Assembly (NCBI GenBank): GCA_963665665.1
Contig: OY762428.1
Location: 896,001-960,000, forward strand
Origin: Candidatus Kapaibacterium sp.
GTDB taxonomy: Bacteria; Bacteroidota; Ignavibacteria; Kapaibacteriales; UBA2268
Length of the DNA: 64,000 bases
Direction: 5' to 3'
In this document: positions 52,192 through 58,651 of the stretch, piece after piece
Position numbering within the stretch: the stretch's first letter is position 1
Layout of the letters: each line of letters opens with the position of its first letter
Notes under the pieces: generated by a model
Database searches by the model: none
The model's input: the letters and a program-made list of their open reading frames with translations, nothing else
What the model was told of the DNA's origin: nothing
Translations under genes and position numbers: made by a program

Positions 52192-53421
52192 TTAATTATT
52201 TATTTTACTTAAAACCTTATTATTACTTTTTTTTAAATCATTTATATTCTTTACTGATAGATATTGAGTCCAGCAATGATTTAATACACCTAAATTCCAA
52301 ATATCTTCCGAAGTTAGACCAAGATTATAATTATTTGAAAAATTTCGTAACATGGGAAAAGCTTCTTCCTTAAGTCTTTGGATATGGAAAAATAACTCGA
52401 TATTTGTGCTCTTATAAAGTCCAAACAGCTGTGAATATAACCCGAGGAGAGCATCTTGTTGATTTGCTCTTTCCTGTTTATGATACCAGTCAAACCCATA
52501 TTTAATTATTGCTTCTGTAACAAAAAGTTGATGTACATAATTTTCGTGAACAATTGTCCCTAACCTATCCAATAATAATAGATTATAAGTATAATCATTT
52601 GGTGATTCTCTGAAAGCTTTATGTAATGGTTCAACAGTATGAAGTGATTTATTAAATAATACTTCCACTTGATACCGTCCTCCTACTATTGGTACGGTTT
52701 TAGTTCCTTCATAATCAAAAAGGTTTAATTGTGATGCTTCATCACCCATATATTTAGTAGTATAAACGGCATCAATTTTTGCCTTATGGAAATCCCCATC
52801 TTTATCAAATTTAACCTCTTTTCCACCAACTTTTAATATTTGATCTTTTTTTGCAAATTGAGCTAAATATGCTTTGCCTTCAGGTGAAACCATCCATTCT
52901 CCAAAAATTTTATCTGTTGATTTTTCTGGATCATCAAATCCATTTAGTATAATTTCCCTTCCATCAGGATCGGAAAACATTATCGGGTTGTCGCCGAAAG
53001 CTAAATATGAGGAAAATCCGGGATATTTCCCAATTAAAGGGTCAATATTTTGCCTCATGGCCTTGCGCGGGTCGTAGCCATAATCCCCAAAACTAAGGCG
53101 GTTGCCAATTCCACGCACTTCATCGTCCTTCTCGTGCCCACCAAAGCCCCAGCGGTTGCTGCTGCCAAAGAACCTGCCTTCCTCCATAAAGCCGAAGGGA
53201 TAGAAGCTGGCGGCCGTTATGGTGTTGGTGGTGAAGCCGCCGCCACTCGGCTCCTTTATATCCGAAACAGTGGCGCGCACATTGCCCCCGACAAGTCGGG
53301 GCAGGCAAGGTGGTCTGACGAGAGAGTTCCCCTCTTGAGGGGTGCCCGAAGGGCGGGGTGGATAAAAAGGCTGTAGGTTGAAGGCAGTATTTCCATATTT
53401 CGCAATACAAAAGAACCCCAC
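52192..53421 (-). pseudogene. Cassette 2: RHS tip plus HExxxH toxin domain, stub disrupted by a REP-like element
   Basis: NPIMFSDPDG and IVHENYVHQ. The ORF start lies within the REP segment; genuine RHS sequence resumes at ~53287 (GNVRATVS). Confidence 0.78.
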
Positions 53422-53461
53422 CCCGTCTCGCTGCGCTCGCCACCCCTCCAGAGGGGAATTT
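53288..53461. repeat. Composite REP-like element
   Basis: GC-rich palindromes ccccgacaagtcgggg, ttcccctcttgaggggtg and cacccctccagaggggaa, the last two in inverted arrangement. Confidence 0.8.
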
Positions 53462-53510
53462 TTGCCATGCGCCGCCGAGCCGTATATATCCCACTTGGAG
53501 AGAATTTTGT

Positions 53511-53523
53511 GTTTTCAAAGAAC
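53511..53523 (-). promoter_or_regulatory. boxA-like motif GTTCTTTGAAAAC (cassette 2)
   Basis: Exact 13-mer, 19 bp after the immunity stop. Confidence 0.65.
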
Positions 53524-53542
53524 GGAATTAAGAAAGTTAATT

Positions 53543-54247
53543 CTAATTATCAATATATGTTCTGTCTTCAAATTCCCACTTTGCTTTAAGAATTTCTGAT
53601 AACAGATATATTTCTAAAAAGTGATAAGTCTTATATTTTGGATTATTTCTGTCATACATCTCATCCATATCTGTATATATGAAAAATTCATCATTTAATT
53701 TAATCCAGATATTTGTTTCATAATGGACTTTCGAAAAAAGTGGGATTTTGTTCGATGTTTTGAAACTTTTTAATATGTATATAATTTTTCCAACAAATTC
53801 TACCGAACTGATGCTGGCAATAAACTTTGGTAAGTCATGTTTACTAAAGCTATATATCTCAATATTATAAGAATTACCATCCAGAGAGTCCGGATTTGAA
53901 TAAATTCCATTAATTGGATTTTCAGTTGTATAACAATCTCTTTTAAATACAAACAAGTACTGCCTAGATTTGGGCCGGTTTCTCATGTCAACCATAGAAT
54001 TCCATTGACGTTGAATTAGTATAAAATCAAAACTACTTGAATCAGAATGAACAATCTTACTCTTTCCATTGATTTTAGGAATAATATTTTTTATTCTTTC
54101 AATAATATAATCAATATCTGTTTCATCAGCAATAGAAGAGCCTCTATCTAATAACTTATTGTTTTTATTTATATTAAAAGGATTGCACCCAAAAAAAAGG
54201 AGTAAAACAATTAAAAAAATATATGTGTTAATATTAACATTTTTCAT
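53543..54247 (-). CDS. Putative immunity lipoprotein, cassette 1
   Basis: Lipobox LFFGC; ATGA overlap with the toxin stop. Confidence 0.75.
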   Translation of the reverse strand: MKNVNINTYIFLIVLLLFFGCNPFNINKNNKLLDRGSSIADETDIDYIIERIKNIIPKINGKSKIVHSDSSSFDFILIQRQWNSMVDMRNRPKSRQYLFVFKRDCYTTENPINGIYSNPDSLDGNSYNIEIYSFSKHDLPKFIASISSVEFVGKIIYILKSFKTSNKIPLFSKVHYETNIWIKLNDEFFIYTDMDEMYDRNNPKYKTYHFLEIYLLSEILKAKWEFEDRTYIDN

Positions 54248-55326
54248 TTTATTAATCCTTGATCTCTCATACTATCAATAATGTCTTCTTCATCTTCATT
54301 ATGGAACTCTTTTGGATCTCCGCCAATGGGAACTTTTACATCCAAAGGATCAAGTCCAAAAAATACTCTAATGGGATTAAGGAAATTTTTTCTCCATCCT
54401 GATGGAACCTTATATATACTTCTAAATCTAATTTCCCAAAGAGTTGTTTCCATGCAATTATCTTTCATATAGAAACCTCTAGTTTGGAATACTTTCCAAT
54501 TGGGATGGGTAAGATATAGATACGAATGACCTAGTTCATGTAATGCGATTATTCCATATTCCCAACTATCTACTTCTTTTTGTTCTCTTTCATTCGCCAT
54601 TACTATATCTTTAAAATAAATATTTACACTTGTTAGATTTCCATTAGCGTCAAAAACCGGATCAGCAAGACCATTACCAAACAGATTATCCAATTTACGA
54701 GTTTTTCCTCCTCCCCAGTAATAGGTCAAATTAGCGCTGCCACTCTGGGTGACCATATTAACAAAAATCGGATCTTCAATATTTCTTTTTACCTTTTCAT
54801 AAACCTCTAATTGTTCGGAATTATAATTTGAAATATCAAAGTTATAATTGATTTCCCATCTTCTGGTTTTATTATTATACGAAAACGGATGATCTGGTCC
54901 AAGAGTATTTTTTAAACCTATATTTGTTTTATCCCATGAAGCCTGATCACTCACAACTGTATCACCCCTCGGATCGCTATAGAAAACAGGATTGTTGTCA
55001 TATCCGGCATAACGGCTGATTGACGGATTGGGCTTGGGATCCAAACTCCACCACCTGCCGCCAATTCTCGGGTCATTCATGCGGAATTCGGTTGTCAGGC
55101 TATTCCCAGCACCTTTTATCTCATCATCCTTTTCCATACCGTTAAAACCCCAGCGGTTACTGCCGCCAAAGAAGAAGCGGCCTTCCTCCATGAAGCCGAA
55201 GGGATAGAAGCTGGCTGCGGTAAAGGTTTTTGTGAAGAAGCCGCCGCCACTTGGCTCCTTTATATCCGAAACAGTGGCGCGCACATTGCCCAAATGATCT
55301 GTTAAATGGTATTGTTTTTCGCCCAC
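54244..55326 (-). CDS. Cassette 1: RHS tip plus HExxH metallopeptidase-like toxin domain
   Basis: NPVFYSDPRG and IALHELGHSY. RHS homology extends upstream to ~55449 without an in-frame start. Confidence 0.82.
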   Translation of the reverse strand: MGEKQYHLTDHLGNVRATVSDIKEPSGGGFFTKTFTAASFYPFGFMEEGRFFFGGSNRWGFNGMEKDDEIKGAGNSLTTEFRMNDPRIGGRWWSLDPKPNPSISRYAGYDNNPVFYSDPRGDTVVSDQASWDKTNIGLKNTLGPDHPFSYNNKTRRWEINYNFDISNYNSEQLEVYEKVKRNIEDPIFVNMVTQSGSANLTYYWGGGKTRKLDNLFGNGLADPVFDANGNLTSVNIYFKDIVMANEREQKEVDSWEYGIIALHELGHSYLYLTHPNWKVFQTRGFYMKDNCMETTLWEIRFRSIYKVPSGWRKNFLNPIRVFFGLDPLDVKVPIGGDPKEFHNEDEEDIIDSMRDQGLIK

Positions 55327-55454
55327 TATGCGGTAAAACTGGCTGCCCCGGTCATACTCCAGTGGCTCGTATACCAGTTCTTCCTTTGGCTGGCGAATAG
55401 CAAACTTACCATGCGCCGCCGAGCCGTATATATCCCACTCGGAAAGGATTTTGT

Positions 55455-55467
55455 GTTTTCAAAGAAC
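55455..55467 (-). promoter_or_regulatory. boxA-like motif GTTCTTTGAAAAC (cassette 1)
   Basis: Exact 13-mer, 45 bp after the immunity stop. Confidence 0.65.
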
Positions 55468-55512
55468 GGGAATTAATGAATTTTAAAAATATTCAAGAAA
55501 AAACCGGATCAA

Positions 55513-56043
55513 TTATTTCCATCCTTCTGGTAAATTTAAAAAATCGTATTTATTCGAATCAAATACTACCATTATTAAACTTGAAGGACCAAGGATAAAT
55601 ACCTGGTTTTGTTCATAGTCTTCTGGTTGACCAGAAATTATTATTAGTTTTTTACCATTATCAAATTTTATTTTTATGCCTAATAATTCATGATTTTTCA
55701 TATAGGTGTCTGATAGCAAATCAATATTTTCTTCTTGATAACAAAAAGTTTTTTTTCTATACCAAAAATCTAACTCAATTATTTTTTTATTATATATTTT
55801 TTTCCAATTATTATCATTTCTCTTTGTATCATCATCAGAACAGCTATCAATTGTATCAATTTTTATTTCAGAGTAACTACCCTGCCAATAATCACTAAAC
55901 TTATAATAATTCCCATCATCTAATTTTATAATTAACTTATTTTCTATCTCATAGAAATCTAATTCTCCTTTAAAAGGAATTTCTTCATCATAATACACAG
56001 GCTCACAATAAGCCTCAATTATTTTTTTTAATTTAATATCCAT
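55513..56043 (-). CDS. Putative cytoplasmic immunity protein for the head toxin
   Basis: Acidic 176 aa protein overlapping the toxin stop; no signal peptide. Confidence 0.75.
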   Translation of the reverse strand: MDIKLKKIIEAYCEPVYYDEEIPFKGELDFYEIENKLIIKLDDGNYYKFSDYWQGSYSEIKIDTIDSCSDDDTKRNDNNWKKIYNKKIIELDFWYRKKTFCYQEENIDLLSDTYMKNHELLGIKIKFDNGKKLIIISGQPEDYEQNQVFILGPSSLIMVVFDSNKYDFLNLPEGWK

Positions 56044-58453
56044 ATTGCCTCGGGTTTTCTGGATGTACAGTTACTGTTTTCTTTCCTTTTATTGTAAAGA
56101 TATTTGATTCTCCACTAATTGTCCCATCCTTTACTCTAAAAGTTCCACTTACCTTTTCGTATTTTACAACAATTTCGTTTTTATTTACTACTTTGAGAAC
56201 AGTAGCGGTTCCAGAATGATAAGCATTAAGAACTCTTTGAGCATCCTCAATTGAATGCATTGTTCCTTTAGTTACGATTGTATTAGTCGGGACATTCATT
56301 TCTAAGTGCTTATGTGTTTTCATCTTTTGGATACTTACTGTTCGCCCAATTTGTAAATCTATTGAAGGATTGCTTGCTTCAATCTTAGAAATTATCTTTT
56401 TCGGTTTAAAAGCTCCAACGCTGGCTTTACCAACCTTACCCATGAAATAACCGTCAATTGCAAGCCGAATTGGATCGTCAAGACCAGATACTTCCCCGAC
56501 ACGTTTCCAGAAATCGAACTTATCATAATAATATTGATCAGGTTTTACCCCAATTTCAATTGCTGCATCAGGATTACTGGCAAAATCATCTTCTTTTTCG
56601 ATATTCCACGACCAAATCCATAAGTTATCATCTTCAGGATTTCTATCACTAAAAGTATAGGTGTTGCCATTATAGTGATAAATACTATAATTCCCTTCAA
56701 GTTCCTGCCCGTTTAGCTCATCAACTGTTTCTCCTTCAATTTTTTCAAAACTGCCATCTTCGTTTTTCTTCAGGGTATAATGAGTTGCATCGAGTCCCAT
56801 CGGATCAGCAAAAACAATCGGGTTGTCGCCGAAAGCTAAATATGAGGAAAATCCGGGATATTTCCCAATTAAAGGTTCAATATTTTGTCTCATAGCCTTG
56901 CGAGGGTCGTAGCCATAATCCCCAAAACTAAGGCGGTTGCCAGTTCCACGCACTTCATCGTCCTTCTCGTGCCCACCAAAGCCCCAGCGGTTGCTGCCGC
57001 TGAAGAAGAAGCGGCCTTCCTCCATAAAGCCGAAGGGATAGAAGCTGGCAGCGGTAATGGTATTGGTAAGGAAGCCGCCGCCGCTTGGCTCTTTTATATC
57101 CGAAACAGTGGCGCGCACATTGCCCAAATGATCTGTTAAATGATATTGTTTTTCGCCAACAATTCTATAAAAAGCGCTGCCTCTCGGTATTTCACTTTCA
57201 GTATATACCAGTTCTTCCTTTGGCTGGCGAATAGCAAACTTACCATGCGCCGCCGAGCCGTATATATCCCACTCGGAAAGAACATGCCGATCAGGAAACA
57301 GCAGCACATCATTTCCATCTGATGCATACAAATACAACTTTTCAGGCACAGTTTTTTTCGATTCATATATAGCGAGCACCTGCCCGTTGGCATCAAGCAT
57401 GTAGTAGGTGGAACCTACGCCAACCTGATCAAGAAGGAGGTTTAAAGACTCTGTCGGATCTGCAACAAAAGGTGCAACAACATTGTTGACTTCATGTATC
57501 ATCACATCCTTACCAACCCTGTTGCCAAATGCATCGTACATGAAGCTGATCTTCACGGGTTGGCTGACAGTATTGCTGTTATTAGAAACAATCATATCCT
57601 TTTCCACATAGCTGACCTTGCCGTCGGCAGTCCATTCTATGTGATTTATATTATCCTTCACGTCGCTGATCAGGTTTCCGGAAGCGTCGTAGGTATAAGC
57701 ATAAAAATCAGTTACAGGATTTGGGGTTTCCAGGTCGCGCGTACTTGCCGTAGTTCCGGGCATATCTTTAAGAATGCTTAGGCGGTTGGTTCTGTAAACC
57801 GGCCCTGACGGTGAATACCGAAAGTCCTGATAGAGATAATTAAGATCATCAAGCTGTACGCCGGAATTATCATTCCTCACCAGGTTCATCAGGTTGCCAT
57901 TGGCGTCGTAATTATAATGTGAGGAATTATTAGGGCTGTTTGCCCATGCTCCGGCAGTATAATTATAAGTAGTATTATCCTTCAGCCTGTTCAGCTTATC
58001 GTATTGGAACAGCCTTGCCCTGGAGCTTTCAAAATTTAGCGGGTCAGGCATCTTTGCTGATGTTTCTGAGCCGTAATACTCTTCCCATGCCGCTATATTG
58101 CCGTCATAAAGGGAATGATTAACGGCTCCGGCAGTAGGCAGCAGAGTAGCGCCGTTGCCAAAATCTGTACTGTTATGAACAAAATCCTTGTCGCCGCTGC
58201 CGTCATTGTAATAATCAAGAGTATATCCGTAGGCGTCGCCCGGAGTGGCCCCGGAAACGCCGTATTCCGGGTTGTTATGATTATCCTCGATATTAACGGA
58301 TTTAAGCCATCCGTTTATGGTGTAGAGGAAGTCAATACCCTGGATTTTGTCCTCGCCAAGCTCGATACGTTTCAGCGGGCCATGGAGGTAGTAGTAATAG
58401 GCGGCATCGCGATCCCAAATTTCCATATCCCGGTCGAGCATCAAAATCTCCAA
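56033..58453 (-). CDS. N-terminally truncated RHS/YD-repeat protein with Ntox50-like (putative RNase) tip
   Basis: YD repeats (YDKLNRL, YDANGNL, YDASGNL, YDAFGNR), HLTDHLGNVR, NPIVFADPMG. The basic CT (SIEDAQRVLNAYHSG...FTIKG..TVHPENP) is assigned from memory. Confidence 0.85.
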   Translation of the reverse strand: MEILMLDRDMEIWDRDAAYYYYLHGPLKRIELGEDKIQGIDFLYTINGWLKSVNIEDNHNNPEYGVSGATPGDAYGYTLDYYNDGSGDKDFVHNSTDFGNGATLLPTAGAVNHSLYDGNIAAWEEYYGSETSAKMPDPLNFESSRARLFQYDKLNRLKDNTTYNYTAGAWANSPNNSSHYNYDANGNLMNLVRNDNSGVQLDDLNYLYQDFRYSPSGPVYRTNRLSILKDMPGTTASTRDLETPNPVTDFYAYTYDASGNLISDVKDNINHIEWTADGKVSYVEKDMIVSNNSNTVSQPVKISFMYDAFGNRVGKDVMIHEVNNVVAPFVADPTESLNLLLDQVGVGSTYYMLDANGQVLAIYESKKTVPEKLYLYASDGNDVLLFPDRHVLSEWDIYGSAAHGKFAIRQPKEELVYTESEIPRGSAFYRIVGEKQYHLTDHLGNVRATVSDIKEPSGGGFLTNTITAASFYPFGFMEEGRFFFSGSNRWGFGGHEKDDEVRGTGNRLSFGDYGYDPRKAMRQNIEPLIGKYPGFSSYLAFGDNPIVFADPMGLDATHYTLKKNEDGSFEKIEGETVDELNGQELEGNYSIYHYNGNTYTFSDRNPEDDNLWIWSWNIEKEDDFASNPDAAIEIGVKPDQYYYDKFDFWKRVGEVSGLDDPIRLAIDGYFMGKVGKASVGAFKPKKIISKIEASNPSIDLQIGRTVSIQKMKTHKHLEMNVPTNTIVTKGTMHSIEDAQRVLNAYHSGTATVLKVVNKNEIVVKYEKVSGTFRVKDGTISGESNIFTIKGKKTVTVHPENPRQYGY

Positions 58454-58548
58454 ACCATAACTAAATATCTAATTGCCAATTAAATTATGAATATATTAGG
58501 AAATTAAAAAATTTATTTTCAGTTTAATGGATGCTTTCACCAATATAA

Positions 58549-58556
58549 CAAAGCTA
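58549..58556 (-). promoter_or_regulatory. Candidate -7 promoter element for the RHS array
   Basis: TAGCTTTG (TAnnTTTG) ~95 bp upstream of the head ORF and downstream of the valS hairpin; ATTG at the -33 position. Confidence 0.45.
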
Positions 58557-58592
58557 TGCGAGAATTGAAACATATACAATTATCAATAATCA

Positions 58593-58628
58593 AAACAGCC
58601 CGGCAATAATATTATCGCCGGGCTGTTT
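58593..58628 (-). terminator. Hairpin terminator after valS
   Basis: aaacagcccggc...gccgggctgttt. Confidence 0.75.
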
Positions 58629-58651
58629 CAATAATTACAAATAGCGTCGAT

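Larger units (their letters stand above)
41922..58453 (-). other. RHS polymorphic toxin tip/immunity cassette array (truncated head plus 8 cassettes)
   Basis: Nine near-identical RHS core segments (LSEWDIYGSAAHGK...MEEGRFF..NRWG). All but the last are followed by an AT-rich C-terminal domain and a small downstream gene. Confidence 0.95.

Noticed and set aside
53120-53599. Several overlapping ORFs (53120-53518, 53256-53468, 53378-53599)
   Set aside because: They are by-products of the GC-rich REP insert and frameshifted stub.
42369-55467. GTTCTTTGAAAAC as a CRISPR repeat or integron attC site
   Set aside because: It is only 13 bp, copies are ~1.7-2 kb apart, there is no attC-type extended hairpin, and no cas or integrase gene is in the window. 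A recombination-site role is kept only as an alternative hypothesis.
41922-58453. Diversity-generating retroelement template/variable repeats
   Set aside because: No reverse transcriptase is present, and differences between stubs are not adenine-specific.
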